Shown: positions 19,558-30,125, numbered from the stretch's first letter. The stretch is 64,000 nt of DNA from an uncultured Methanosarcinales archaeon (GCA_964585935.1 CAZPFO010000002.1:7465-71464); one strand, 5' to 3'. Notes: generated from the letters alone by a model not told the origin. Numbers and translations are program-made.

Positions 19558-20718
19558 TTAAGTATGATAATCTGCATTAATTTTTATATAATCTTCAGTC
19601 ATATCGCAGCCATAAGCTGTTGCTTTTTCTTTTCCTTCTTTTAGGTCAACCAGGATTTTTAATTCTTTTTTGCCCATGATTTTTTTTATCTCTTTGCAAT
19701 TGAAATTTATTGATACGCCGTTTTTTACAATTGCTTTGTCTGCAAAATAAACATCAACCTTTGACTCATCAAATTTTGCTCCGGAATTGCCCATTGCTCC
19801 GAAAATACGGCCCCAATTCGGGTCGTTGCCGTAAACTGCGCATTTGAACAAGTTTGAGCTTACAATTGCTTTTGCCAGTTTTTTAGCTGAGTTTTTGTCT
19901 TTAGTGTTTTTTACAATAACTTCAATAAGTTTTGTTGCTCCTTCGCCGTCAGCTGCTATTTTTTTAGCAAGCTCTACACATACAAAATCAAGAGCTTTCT
20001 GGAATTTTGATTCATTAACTTCTCCTGCATAACCATTTGCCATCAAAATGCACATGTCTGAGGTTGAGGTGTCCATGTCAACACTTACCATGTTGAATGA
20101 TTTGTCAACTGATTTCTTTAACATCATGTTTAGCTTATTTGATGGAATGTCTGCATCAGTCTGTATAAAACAAAGCATAGTGGCCATGTTTGGATGTATC
20201 ATTCCAGAGCCTTTTGCAATTGCTCCTATTGTAAAATTGTCTTCTTTAACATAAACTTCTTTTTCTATCAAATCTGTTGTTAATATTGCTTCTGCTGCCT
20301 TGTGTTTTTTTGAAAGCTGTTTTTTTATTCCTTTTACTCCTTTTTTTATCTTGTCCATTGGAAGGTAAGCGCCAATAACTCCTGTTGAAGCAACTAAAAC
20401 ATCTGTTGTTTTGATATTGAGTTCTTTTGCTGCTAGTTTTGCAGTTGTCCCTGCATCTTGGACTCCCTTTTTGCCCGTGCATACGTTTGCGATCCCTGCG
20501 TTTATAACTATCGCTTGCGCTTTCCCATCTTTAAGATGCTCTTTGGTTATAGCTAATGGGGCGCCTTTAACTGCATTTTTAGTATAAACAGCTGCTGCAT
20601 TGCATAATTTATCCGAATATATAACTGCAAAATCAGGCTTGCCTGATTTTTTAACCCCAATAGATTTTCCAAGAGCTTCAAATCCTTTGGGCAGGTGATG
20701 ATTCTTCAGAATTTGCAT
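19558..20718 (-). CDS. argJ: ornithine acetyltransferase
   Basis: AKGSGMIHPNMATML autoprocessing site, DGEGATK, DPNWGR. Confidence 0.98.
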   Translation of the reverse strand: MQILKNHHLPKGFEALGKSIGVKKSGKPDFAVIYSDKLCNAAAVYTKNAVKGAPLAITKEHLKDGKAQAIVINAGIANVCTGKKGVQDAGTTAKLAAKELNIKTTDVLVASTGVIGAYLPMDKIKKGVKGIKKQLSKKHKAAEAILTTDLIEKEVYVKEDNFTIGAIAKGSGMIHPNMATMLCFIQTDADIPSNKLNMMLKKSVDKSFNMVSVDMDTSTSDMCILMANGYAGEVNESKFQKALDFVCVELAKKIAADGEGATKLIEVIVKNTKDKNSAKKLAKAIVSSNLFKCAVYGNDPNWGRIFGAMGNSGAKFDESKVDVYFADKAIVKNGVSINFNCKEIKKIMGKKELKILVDLKEGKEKATAYGCDMTEDYIKINADYHT

Positions 20719-20720
20719 TT

Positions 20721-22061
20721 TTACCCTACCAAACTCCCCAGTTTAGAATTGAATTCAGACTCCTGTTTAGCTGTTTTTGATTTAATCTTGGTTAAGGCTG
20801 AGGCTGCCTTTTCCAGGCCCAGATTTCCTGTTGCTCCTAAGTGTTTTTTTGATTCGATGTTTTTTACAGGGTCTATATCCTTTAGTTTGTCAAGCTCCTT
20901 GGAAACTTTTTGATACGCTTCACGGAAAGGAACTCCTGCTTTAACCAGCTCATTAACCTTATCAGTTGCAAAGATATCTTTGCTTAAACTTTTAATACAA
21001 TTTGCTTTGTTTACTTTCAATCCATTTAATACTAAGTTCATGATACTTATGCTGGCTAATGTTATTTCAAAGCTCTTTATCAATGGTTCTTTTGTAAGCT
21101 GCAAGTCCTTGTTATACCCTGAGGGCATTTTTGAAAGTGAATTGTTTATTTGAAACAAATTGGACTGTAAAATACTTGATTTTGCCCTTATTAATTCTAA
21201 AACATCAGGATTCTTTTTTTGAGGCATTATAGAGCTGCCTGTTGTAAACTCATCAGGCAATGTGAAAAAGCCAAACTCATCCATACTGAACATGATTAAG
21301 TCATTTGAGATTTTAGCCAGGTCTTCCATTATTTTTGAAAGAGCAAAGACAGTAACAGATTCTATCTTTCCGCGGCTGTTCTGGACATAGAGAACATTAT
21401 TTTGCGTTTTTTCGAAGCCCAGCAGATGGGTTGTCAAGGCACGATCAATTTCAAGATTAACGCCGTAGCCTGCAGCGCTGCCTAAAGGATTCTGGTTGTT
21501 TAGTTTATAGGCTGCTTCAAGCAATTCAAAATTGTCCAACAATGATTCTGCATAGGCACCAAATAACAGGCCCACAGAAGAAGGCATAGCCTTCCTTGTA
21601 TGAGTATATCCCGGCATTGGAATTTTTTTGCTCTTTTCAGCAAAATTGATTATGGTTCCGGTTAATTCTGCCAGCGCCTTATTAATTTCGATTAAATTTT
21701 TTTTAGAGTATAGCCGTGTATCGACCAAAACCTGGTCATTCCTTGAGCGGGCAGTATGTATCTTTTTGCCTAAGCTGCCTAATTTTTTTGCCAGGTAATT
21801 TTCAACAGCTGTATGCATATCCTCATCTTCCAGCTTGATCTCAAACTTGTTCTTTTGTTTTAGAATTCCAACTAATTCTTTTTTTAATTTAGTGAATTCA
21901 GTTTTGTTTAAGATTCCAATCTCCTTAAGCATAGTAGCGTGGGCAATGCTGCTATAGATATCGTATTCCAATAGTTTTTTATCTATCAAAAAGTCATTGC
22001 CTACTGTAAACTTTTCAATTTCCTCATTTAGTTTGTAGGTTTTTTGCCAGAGTTTTGTCAT
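20721..22061 (-). CDS. argH: argininosuccinate lyase
   Basis: HTARSRNDQ, TGSSIMPQKKNPD. Confidence 0.98.
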   Translation of the reverse strand: MTKLWQKTYKLNEEIEKFTVGNDFLIDKKLLEYDIYSSIAHATMLKEIGILNKTEFTKLKKELVGILKQKNKFEIKLEDEDMHTAVENYLAKKLGSLGKKIHTARSRNDQVLVDTRLYSKKNLIEINKALAELTGTIINFAEKSKKIPMPGYTHTRKAMPSSVGLLFGAYAESLLDNFELLEAAYKLNNQNPLGSAAGYGVNLEIDRALTTHLLGFEKTQNNVLYVQNSRGKIESVTVFALSKIMEDLAKISNDLIMFSMDEFGFFTLPDEFTTGSSIMPQKKNPDVLELIRAKSSILQSNLFQINNSLSKMPSGYNKDLQLTKEPLIKSFEITLASISIMNLVLNGLKVNKANCIKSLSKDIFATDKVNELVKAGVPFREAYQKVSKELDKLKDIDPVKNIESKKHLGATGNLGLEKAASALTKIKSKTAKQESEFNSKLGSLVG

Positions 22062-22990
22062 TTTAACCATATCTTTTTCAATAATTTCAATATTATTGCC
22101 TTTTGCATGTGCAGCCTGTTTTCTGCCTGGTCAAAGACAATGCTTTGCTTGCCATCTATGACCTCAGCTGTCTGCTCGTATCCGCGCAAAGCAGGAAGGC
22201 AGTGCATAAACAAAGCGTCTTTTTTTGCAGCCTTCATCAGTTCTTTATTAACCTGAAATGGTTTGAATGTTTTTATCCGGGATTTTTCCTGTTCTTTTGG
22301 AATTTGATAGCTCATCCATGTGTCTGTATACACGATATCAGCCCCTTTAACTGCTTTTTTCGCATCATCCAATATTTCAATTTTTGATCCTGATTTTCCT
22401 GCATTTTTTTCTGCAATATTCACAATCCATGGCTGAGGCGTGTGTTTTTTTGGGCAGCCAACTGAAATGTCCATGCCCATGATTGAACATCCTAAAAGCA
22501 GCGAGTGGGTTATGTTGTTGTTGCCATCTCCCACAAAGCAGAGCTTCAGGCCTTTGAGCTTTTTCTTTTTTTCGGATATTGTCATTAAGTCAGATAATAT
22601 CTGGCATGGATGAAATGTATCTGTTAACCCATTTACTACAGGGACTATTGAGTTATTTGCAAGCTCTTCTATATCATTCTGGCTGAACAACCTTGCAATT
22701 ATAATCTCACAGTACCTGCTGGATGCTTTTGCAGTGTCTGCTACTGACTCTTTTTCTTTGAATGGAGCATTTTTTGATTCAACAAAGATTGCATGGCCCC
22801 CTAACTGAGTCATTGCCACTTCAAATGAAATCCTTGTGCGCAATGAGGGCTTCTCAAATATCATGAGCATTGTCTTGTTTGACAGGCTGTTTGAATATTT
22901 CTCAGGATGTTTTTTTATTTGAGATGCATGGCTGATTAAATCTAGTATGCTTTTTTCGCCCCATTCAGCTAAAGATATTAGGTCTTTCAT
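22058..22990 (-). CDS. argF: ornithine carbamoyltransferase
   Basis: KPSLRTR, HPCQ, HCLP, QAENR. Confidence 0.98.
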   Translation of the reverse strand: MKDLISLAEWGEKSILDLISHASQIKKHPEKYSNSLSNKTMLMIFEKPSLRTRISFEVAMTQLGGHAIFVESKNAPFKEKESVADTAKASSRYCEIIIARLFSQNDIEELANNSIVPVVNGLTDTFHPCQILSDLMTISEKKKKLKGLKLCFVGDGNNNITHSLLLGCSIMGMDISVGCPKKHTPQPWIVNIAEKNAGKSGSKIEILDDAKKAVKGADIVYTDTWMSYQIPKEQEKSRIKTFKPFQVNKELMKAAKKDALFMHCLPALRGYEQTAEVIDGKQSIVFDQAENRLHMQKAIILKLLKKIWLK

Positions 22991-24162
22991 TTTGACTTTT
23001 TTGATGCTATTTTCTGCTGCATTCCATAAAATTTAATGAATGCCTCTGCTTCTTTTCCTTCCCATGTGCCTCCCTGGGCATAGCTGGCAATTTCTTCGTC
23101 TATTAAAGATTTTTTTGCCTTGATTTCAGCAGGTATTATATTCATTTTATCTATCTTCATCTTTACAGTGCCTGTAACAACTTTTTGGTTCGAATCATTA
23201 AATGCCTGGATATCCTTGACCAAAGGCTCATAAAGCAGCCCATTGTAAGCGAGATCAGCCCATTCATTCCCGAGTATCGCTTTAATTTTCTGCTGTTTTT
23301 TTGTAAGCACTGCTTTTTCCAGGGCTTTATGCGCTTCTATCAGCAGCAATAAGCCAGGGGCTTCAAAAGCCTGTATTCCTTTAATGCCTATGGTCTCGTC
23401 TTCATAATAGATCCCTCTGCCGAAACCATGGGCTCCTGCTATCTTATTAAGCTCTGCCAGTATATCAGAGCCATGCATTTTCTTCCCATTCAATCCAGCA
23501 AGGGATCCTCCCCTAAATTCTATCTCGACATATTCCGGATCATCATTGGAAAGTTTTGTTATCTGCCATGCTTCTTCATCAGGCTCCTTGCCTTCATCAA
23601 TCTCGCTTCCAGAGATAGTTACTCCAAAAATATTTGCATTTATGGTATATTTCTTTACTTTTTTATCTATCTTGAATCCTTTGCTTTCCAAAATTTTTAT
23701 TTCCTCTGGCCGTGTTATCATTAATTCGCGTATTGGAGCAATAATCTTTAGCTCAGGTGCTAATGTATTAAGTGTAACATCTATCCTTACCTGATCATTG
23801 CCAGCCCCTGTACAGCCATGCGAAACAAGCTTTGTATTCTCCTTTTTTGCTATGCTGATAAGATGCTTTGCTATTGCATACCTGTCTGCGCACATATTTG
23901 GGTAAATTCCCTGATACAACCCATTTGCTTTTATCAGGTTGGATATGATCTCATCAAATATCTCCTTTTTAGCATCAACACTGATATGCTTTACCGCGCC
24001 AAGTTCCTTGCTACGCGCTTTAATTTTATTAAGCTCTTCGCCGCTTAATCCCCCTGTATCAATTGTAGCTGTAACTACATCAAACCCTTTTTCTTTCAGG
24101 TAGAGGACACAAAAACTAGTATCCAAGCCTCCTGAAAATGCCAATATAACTTTTTGGTTCAT
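22987..24162 (-). CDS. argG: argininosuccinate synthase
   Basis: LAFSGGLDTS, HGCTGAGNDQVR, FEAP. Confidence 0.98.
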   Translation of the reverse strand: MNQKVILAFSGGLDTSFCVLYLKEKGFDVVTATIDTGGLSGEELNKIKARSKELGAVKHISVDAKKEIFDEIISNLIKANGLYQGIYPNMCADRYAIAKHLISIAKKENTKLVSHGCTGAGNDQVRIDVTLNTLAPELKIIAPIRELMITRPEEIKILESKGFKIDKKVKKYTINANIFGVTISGSEIDEGKEPDEEAWQITKLSNDDPEYVEIEFRGGSLAGLNGKKMHGSDILAELNKIAGAHGFGRGIYYEDETIGIKGIQAFEAPGLLLLIEAHKALEKAVLTKKQQKIKAILGNEWADLAYNGLLYEPLVKDIQAFNDSNQKVVTGTVKMKIDKMNIIPAEIKAKKSLIDEEIASYAQGGTWEGKEAEAFIKFYGMQQKIASKKSK

Positions 24163-24205
24163 AAGCATTGAAAGGCGCAGTTTGTTTTTAAACCTATTGC
24201 CCTAT

Positions 24206-24290
24206 TTAGGACAAATCAAACAAAAATGTCTAATATTGGACATTGTCTAATATTAAGCTTAAATATTCTATACAAAACTATTATGTCCGA
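24206..24290. promoter_or_regulatory. cluster of GGACA/TGTC(C/T) half-sites, putative arg operator region
   Basis: TAGGACA 24207, TGTCTAA 24227, TTGGACA 24236, TGTCTAA 24244, TGTCCGA 24284; overlapping near-palindromes AATGTCTAATATTGGACATT and AATATTGGACATTGTCTAATATT. Confidence 0.55.
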
Positions 24291-24551
24291 AACAAAACAT
24301 TTAAATATAAGTTATGAAATAGTTAATAATGAACGGTGCATCTTTTTGAGAGGGTACTATAATGAACAAGGTGTAAACGTTCCATAAAAAATTTGTAAAT
24401 TGCAGGGAGCCAAAAAGGCTCCTATTTTTCATGTACCAAAAAGACCTTTCAGAGTGGATTGATGTAAGGAAGGTAGAGATAAACCAGAGAGTCTCGCAAT
24501 TGATCAGCAGGCCTTATACTATCATGTATTAAGGGACATCGGGGGGTGGAA

Positions 24552-25184
24552 ATGAACATAACAAAGCTTACAGAGGGCTATATAAAAGAGCATCCGTCAG
24601 TAAAAGACTGCCTGAAAAAAGGGCTTATTAATTATTCCTCTTTGACAAGGCAGGTATGTGATGATATGAACCTGGACCTAAAGAAAAACTTTGATGCTGT
24701 TTTGATAGCCTGCAGAAGATACTACAGGAAGATAAAATCTGAACATTCCAATGAAGACCAGGTATTGAGCATATTAAGGCAGAGCAAGGTAGAAGTGAAA
24801 AATAAGATCATAGTTTTGGTCCTGGAGAAAAATATCCATATGCCTAATCTGATTGAAATAGAGAAAAATGCAAAAAAGCAAAATGAAATCTTCCATATAA
24901 TCGAAGGGGTTTCAGCAATTACTGTTATTACATCAGAAGATTTAATTGGCAGTCTAAAAAGCGCTTTTAAAAATAAGATAGTCAAGGAGAATAAAAACCT
25001 GGCAGAAATAACGTTAAAGAGCCCAAAAGATATTGAGACAACTCCCGGCCTGATATCTTACCTTTATTCCCTGCTGGGAGAGAATAACATCAATATCTTT
25101 GAGACAATGTCCTGCTGGACAGACACTATATTTGTTGTAGAAGAGAAGGATATTGCAAGAGTCATGGAACTGGTTAGGTTTTAG
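24552..25184 (+). CDS. ACT-domain protein with helical N-terminus, probable amino-acid-sensing regulator
   Basis: GLINYSSL N-terminus; TPGLISYLYSLLGENNINIFETMSCWTDTIFVV ACT-like C-terminus; divergent from argG. Confidence 0.8.
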   Translation: MNITKLTEGYIKEHPSVKDCLKKGLINYSSLTRQVCDDMNLDLKKNFDAVLIACRRYYRKIKSEHSNEDQVLSILRQSKVEVKNKIIVLVLEKNIHMPNLIEIEKNAKKQNEIFHIIEGVSAITVITSEDLIGSLKSAFKNKIVKENKNLAEITLKSPKDIETTPGLISYLYSLLGENNINIFETMSCWTDTIFVVEEKDIARVMELVRF

Positions 25185-25199
25185 GGTTGATTATTTTAT

Positions 25200-25985
25200 T
25201 CAGCAACTTGGAGTATCATCCCAATTCCAACGGAGATTATGAAGTGGTGGTAGAGATAGTAAGAAATAAAATTCTTCAGGAGTGAGTAGAATATTTTCAT
25301 CATCTGTGATGTAGCCTTCTTCATCAAATAATTTCTTTCTTAATTTTTCAAATTCCCTTCGTAATGAGGGTTTTAAAAAATTATACTTCCCTCTTAACCC
25401 CTTGATTTCTGTCCTTTCCTCAATTTCTCCATTTATCCATGAAATCTCATTACTAATTTCATCATCAGTTATTGGCAATCTCGAAACAAACTCTAATCTT
25501 CCATCATAAAGTCCCTTTTGGGGCGATGTAGGTGAAATAACCTTTACGTTAGGTTCAGAAGAAATTGGAAATCCATAACTCATCAATAAAGGCATGCCTT
25601 TTTTATGCCTTAGTTTAGGCTTAAATGTGGTTATTGGTGCTGCTTTGCCATCTTTCTCGAAGAATAGCTTCTCTGCATATGAGGTATAAACTCCTCCTAG
25701 AAATTTACAGCCCTCTTTTATTTGGTCATAATCTACTCTAAATATCTTTTTTTTGGGAATTCTCTCCTCCAATGATCCTATATCTTTCTCTTCAGGAGGT
25801 GCTACTATAGTTTGGATTCCATCGGACAAATTAAAGATAACATCTAATGTTCTAGATTCATATTCTATAACACTGGTAAGGGTGCGACAGCTACCTTTAC
25901 AACAGTCTCCTCCACTATAATTACTTTCAACAGGAATGATTTCAATAGTGGCCTTGTTCCATTGAATGGGCATATATTTTGCCAT
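25200..25985 (-). CDS. hypothetical protein
   Basis: 261-aa ORF with GGGGGA SD; no motif recognised. Confidence 0.7.
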   Translation of the reverse strand: MAKYMPIQWNKATIEIIPVESNYSGGDCCKGSCRTLTSVIEYESRTLDVIFNLSDGIQTIVAPPEEKDIGSLEERIPKKKIFRVDYDQIKEGCKFLGGVYTSYAEKLFFEKDGKAAPITTFKPKLRHKKGMPLLMSYGFPISSEPNVKVISPTSPQKGLYDGRLEFVSRLPITDDEISNEISWINGEIEERTEIKGLRGKYNFLKPSLRREFEKLRKKLFDEEGYITDDENILLTPEEFYFLLSLPPLHNLRWNWDDTPSC

Positions 25986-26020
25986 TTATTCCCCCAACAT
26001 TAATAATTTAAAAAATGAAT

Positions 26021-26608
26021 TCACTCAACAACTCCCTTACCCTCCAAATAATGCCCTAATTTATCTTTTTTTGTTTTCAGGTATTTTTCAGATTCCTTTG
26101 TTGGATTAATGATCAAAGGTATTCTTTCAACAATCTTAATGCCGTATTTCTCTAAACCTTCTATTTTCTTAGGGTTGTTTGTCAAAAGCCTGATATTCTT
26201 TACACCCAGATCTGCAAGGATCTTAACTCCTATTGTGTAATCTCTGGCGTCTGCCTTGAAGCCAAGCTTTTCATTTGCTTCTACAGTGTCCATGCCCTGC
26301 TCCTGAAGAGCATAAGCCTTGACTTTGTTTGTCAATCCTATGCCCCGGCCTTCCTGCCTCAGATAAAGCAAAACACCGCCTTCTTTGCCAATAATCTCCA
26401 ATGCCTTTTCTAATTGCTGTTTGCAGTCGCATTTCTTGGAATGGAAAACTTCTCCTGTCATGCATTCAGAATGGACTCTTACCAGAACAGTTTTATCTTT
26501 GATGTTATTAACCAAAGCTATATGCTGCAGCTTATTATGGTCTTCGTAAACTATTAATTTAAAGTTGCCATATTCTGTTGGTAAATTAGACTCTGCTTTT
26601 TTCTCCAT
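26021..26608 (-). CDS. ribA: GTP cyclohydrolase II
   Basis: [10 protein letters not shown]...[18 protein letters not shown]. Confidence 0.97.
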   Translation of the reverse strand: MEKKAESNLPTEYGNFKLIVYEDHNKLQHIALVNNIKDKTVLVRVHSECMTGEVFHSKKCDCKQQLEKALEIIGKEGGVLLYLRQEGRGIGLTNKVKAYALQEQGMDTVEANEKLGFKADARDYTIGVKILADLGVKNIRLLTNNPKKIEGLEKYGIKIVERIPLIINPTKESEKYLKTKKDKLGHYLEGKGVVE

Positions 26609-26710
26609 TGTAAAAAGAAATAATGCAAGTTAGTTTTTAAAGTTATTGTTAAGAAAAGTTTATCTTTTGAAAAACATAGAGATGTCTCTTAGAAAAAAAG
26701 TTATTTTTGC

Positions 26711-26905
26711 TTACTCTCCCTTTTCCTCTTCTTCGCCTTCTTTTCCTTCTTCTTCGCCTTCCTCTTTCTCCTCTTCGTCTGCTTCTTCATAGCCCTTCAT
26801 AAAGCCTGCTTCTTCAGGGCTTATTTCACCGTCGTCTACCAGCTCTTCCCTGCCTTCTTCATCATAGATTGTTTCTTTATCGCTTTTTTCTTCATCTTCT
26901 GCCAT
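26711..26905 (-). CDS. small acidic protein
   Basis: IYDEEGREELVDDGEISPEEAGFMKGYE; very Glu-rich. Confidence 0.8.
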   Translation of the reverse strand: MAEDEEKSDKETIYDEEGREELVDDGEISPEEAGFMKGYEEADEEEKEEGEEEGKEGEEEEKGE

Positions 26906-27022
26906 GTTGCATCAAAAACAAACTCTGAAACAACTTATTTAAAAAGATTTCTGTTTTACAGGACAACATTGGATAGAGAAAACAAGGAAAGATTTAAATA
27001 GATGAATTGGTTTGTAGAAGTT

Positions 27023-27184
27023 ATGGATAATACAATGTGGATCGGGGTTTATGCACTAATCGGGGTTTATATTTTTTACAGGCTGTTCTTTAAAAAAAAT
27101 AAATTTGATTTAGAGTATGAAAGAAGGTATAATAAGGTCCTGAATTCTGATGAATATAAGGTAAAAGGGCAGTATGAGAGATAA
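27023..27184 (+). CDS. small single-TM protein
   Basis: Hydrophobic segment then charged tail; TTTAAATA box upstream. Confidence 0.65.
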   Translation: MDNTMWIGVYALIGVYIFYRLFFKKNKFDLEYERRYNKVLNSDEYKVKGQYER

Positions 27185-27270
27185 TTCTAAAATATTTTCT
27201 AGAAGGAATCAGCCAAAACATAAAATATTTAAATCAATTCAATCATTAATAACAAAAAAGAGGGATATTG

Positions 27271-28299
27271 ATGAAAAAACCATACTTATTAATGCTTTTT
27301 TTAATTTTTTTAGTCAGCTTGTTTTCTTCCTCTGCTTTATTGACATGTGATATTAAGGGTGTTTGTGATAGTGGAGAAGTAGAGATGCTGGAATTAACTG
27401 CTACTCCAAATGCTCATGTTGCTGACCCTAGTTTTGATTCTTACCCTTATAGCATTTGTTGTTCCGGAGTCCCTGGTTTAGGTACAGACAATAGTGGCGA
27501 AACATTTCTTAGGTTGAGCGGCCCTAATAATGCGCATGTGGAAATTAGCACTAACAACAATTATCCAGTATTAGTGAATATTTCGCCATCTCAGGTATCA
27601 TGCAATTACCGGTCTGGCAGCTGTGCAAGCGATTATACATGCCTGGCCTCGATTTCCAGCTCTACTAATGCTGTTGTTGGGGAGTGTGACCCTGGTCCTT
27701 TTGATTACGATACTCAGGTCTGTTGCAAGTGCGATGCAACAATAAAAGGTTATGTCAGTGATGAAGAAGGTTTTCTAGATGGTGTAAAAGTGGAATTATT
27801 TTATGGCTTAAACATGATAGCAGAGTATCCCTCTACAGCAGCAGGGGGTTATTATGAAATGGATGTGCCATGCGGAACATACTCATTAGTGGCATCTAAA
27901 GAAGATTATGTTGTTAGTACAGTGACTGATGTGTCTCTGGGCTTAACAGCTGAAACAGAAATAAATATTACCATGACGTATGGCCTTGTGTGCGAAGCAG
28001 ACTGCACTTATTTGCTGGACGACAGGTGCCATGAAGAGTGTGATGGATTTACTGATGGAGGAGATAGCTGCCAGTTTTATGATAACATTGCCAAAACAAA
28101 ATGCGATCTGGCACAAAGTGGATGGCAGGTAGAGTATGATTCAGACAATATTGTTAGATGCTGTGAGGGTACGCCTGGTGCAGTGACTCAAATAGACACC
28201 GTCATTAACTGTCCTTATAAAAATTTAGTTAAATTTTACAGGATAGTCACTTATCAAGGAAAACCAATAAAAATGGTGACTGTTGTTTGCGGTGATTAA
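27271..28299 (+). CDS. secreted Cys-rich protein with carboxypeptidase-regulatory-like domain
   Basis: Signal peptide, repeated NAHV/Cys motifs, GYV...GYYEMDVPCGTYSLVASKEDY. Confidence 0.85.
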   Translation: MKKPYLLMLFLIFLVSLFSSSALLTCDIKGVCDSGEVEMLELTATPNAHVADPSFDSYPYSICCSGVPGLGTDNSGETFLRLSGPNNAHVEISTNNNYPVLVNISPSQVSCNYRSGSCASDYTCLASISSSTNAVVGECDPGPFDYDTQVCCKCDATIKGYVSDEEGFLDGVKVELFYGLNMIAEYPSTAAGGYYEMDVPCGTYSLVASKEDYVVSTVTDVSLGLTAETEINITMTYGLVCEADCTYLLDDRCHEECDGFTDGGDSCQFYDNIAKTKCDLAQSGWQVEYDSDNIVRCCEGTPGAVTQIDTVINCPYKNLVKFYRIVTYQGKPIKMVTVVCGD

Positions 28300-28690
28300 A
28301 ATTAAAGCACAGGCTTGGTCTATGGATGTGGCTTTGGCAGTCGTCATTTTCATAATAGCATTTTTTATCGTATACAGCATAGTTACAAACAAAACATCAG
28401 GAGATGTTTCTGATTTGTATGAGGAGGCAGAAAGAATCTCAAAAGAAGCGGTTTTGCAAAATTCCACTATCAGTCTGGTAAACGGCGAAAGCTTGAATGA
28501 AACAAAAATTAAAAACGTTTTAGGCCAAGATTATTCCGAATTAAAGCGAAAGCTAAGGGTAAACAATGAATTCTGCATTTATTTTGAAGATGAAAATGGA
28601 AATTTGATAGTGTTCCAGAACTCCTCAGATGACAATGCTTCTGGCATAGGCTCGCAGAGCATCAATATCAGCGGGATTGTGTGCAGTTAA
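28292..28690 (+). CDS. type IV pilin-like protein (start codon uncertain)
   Basis: Class III signal KAQAWSMDV + hydrophobic helix. Confidence 0.85.
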   Translation: MIKIKAQAWSMDVALAVVIFIIAFFIVYSIVTNKTSGDVSDLYEEAERISKEAVLQNSTISLVNGESLNETKIKNVLGQDYSELKRKLRVNNEFCIYFEDENGNLIVFQNSSDDNASGIGSQSINISGIVCS

Positions 28691-28792
28691 TTGTCCTGAG
28701 CTAATGATCTGATAAAGGGGAATCAATGATTGAAAATTTAACCAATAAAAATTAACCTAAAATCAATAAAAAGGACTAGAAAAAAGAGGCAG

Positions 28793-29917
28793 ATGAACCA
28801 TAAAGCTCAGGCAGCATTGGAATTTGTTACTACCTACGGCTGGGCAATAATAATTGTGCTGGTAATGGTGAGTGCTATGGCTTACTTCGGGGTTTTTGAT
28901 TTGTTTAAATTCACACCAGATGTGTGCACTTTTGGCTCTAAATTGGACTGCAAGAGCTCCAGCTTGGTTAGTGATGGGATGAAGCTAAGGCTAATGAACA
29001 ATCTGGGAGAGAATGTTGTGATTAACAATGTGATTGTATCAAGCAAAGGAACTGAGCTAGACTGTACTTCTCCTATGGCTGGAGAGTCATGGTCCAAAAA
29101 AACCATAAAAAACATCGATGTTAGATGTGATTTTAGCAGCTTAGGGTTTGTGGAAGGGGATAAGAAGAAGCTGGAGCTGAAAATCAACTATACAGGGGCT
29201 TTTAACCGCATTGTTGAAGGTGAGATATCTGCAGTAGTTCAGAGCGGAGAGATTGGTTTAAGCGATATTGAGTACTTGAAAAGTATGGATGGCTTGATTT
29301 CATGGTATAGAATGAATGATGATCCTAGCGATGGAATTGATGATGAGATGAATAGAAATCCTGGAACTTGTACAAATTGTCCAGCATTAACAACAGATAA
29401 TTGGGGGAATGCAAATCAGGCTTATGAATTTGACGGTATTAATGATGAAATTAATCTTGGAAATAATCCTTCTATTGCAAATCTAAATGCTAATATAACT
29501 ATCTTAGCTTGGATTAATTTTACAAATACTCCTACAATTAGCGATACAATCATTGGTAAGCCAAATTGGAATTGGCACTTCCAACTTGTGAGCAATAACA
29601 AAATAACTTTTAGGAGATGGAATCCTTATATGAGTACTAGTAGTAATATGGCTTTAATACAAAATAAATGGCATCATATTAGTACAACACTTTCTTCTAA
29701 CCCAATTAATAACAACAAAATGTATATTGATGGAACACTTGATAATACAGGCACAATCACAACACCTTTAGGAGGTACTGGCGGCATCACAGAGATATCT
29801 GGGTATGTTCAAAGCGACATAGATTGGTTTGATGGCTTAATAGACGAAGTAATGATATTTAACAGAAGCTTAACAGCTTCGGAGATAGATACAATCTATG
29901 GATTGGATTTGAGTTAA
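28793..29917 (+). CDS. type IV pilin fused to LamG/concanavalin-like domain
   Basis: KAQAALEFVTTYGWA; GLISWYRM...AYEFDG...WHHI...FDGLIDEVMIFNRSL. Confidence 0.9.
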   Translation: MNHKAQAALEFVTTYGWAIIIVLVMVSAMAYFGVFDLFKFTPDVCTFGSKLDCKSSSLVSDGMKLRLMNNLGENVVINNVIVSSKGTELDCTSPMAGESWSKKTIKNIDVRCDFSSLGFVEGDKKKLELKINYTGAFNRIVEGEISAVVQSGEIGLSDIEYLKSMDGLISWYRMNDDPSDGIDDEMNRNPGTCTNCPALTTDNWGNANQAYEFDGINDEINLGNNPSIANLNANITILAWINFTNTPTISDTIIGKPNWNWHFQLVSNNKITFRRWNPYMSTSSNMALIQNKWHHISTTLSSNPINNNKMYIDGTLDNTGTITTPLGGTGGITEISGYVQSDIDWFDGLIDEVMIFNRSLTASEIDTIYGLDLS

Positions 29918-30125
29918 GCTTATTATTAAAATTTAACCAATAAAAATTAAACCAAAATCAAAAAAAGAAACCATTAAAAAGTTTAATAATAAAAAATAAA
30001 ACAAAAAATCAATAAAAAGAACTAGAAAAAAATAAAACAGAAAAAAAGATAAGCTATTCAAAGGTTAATTGGCCAGCAGGGAAAATTTAAGTTGGTCAGA
30101 ACTTGCCGGCAATATTCAAGTCAAG

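Noticed and set aside
18847-19644. Long antisense ORFs opposite argB and other housekeeping genes
   Set aside because: Shadow frames of well-supported genes on the other strand.
24362-24532. Short ORF or leader (MNKV*...MYQKDLSEW...) upstream of the ACT gene
   Set aside because: Only 33 codons after the internal ATG, not Arg-rich, no recognisable motif.
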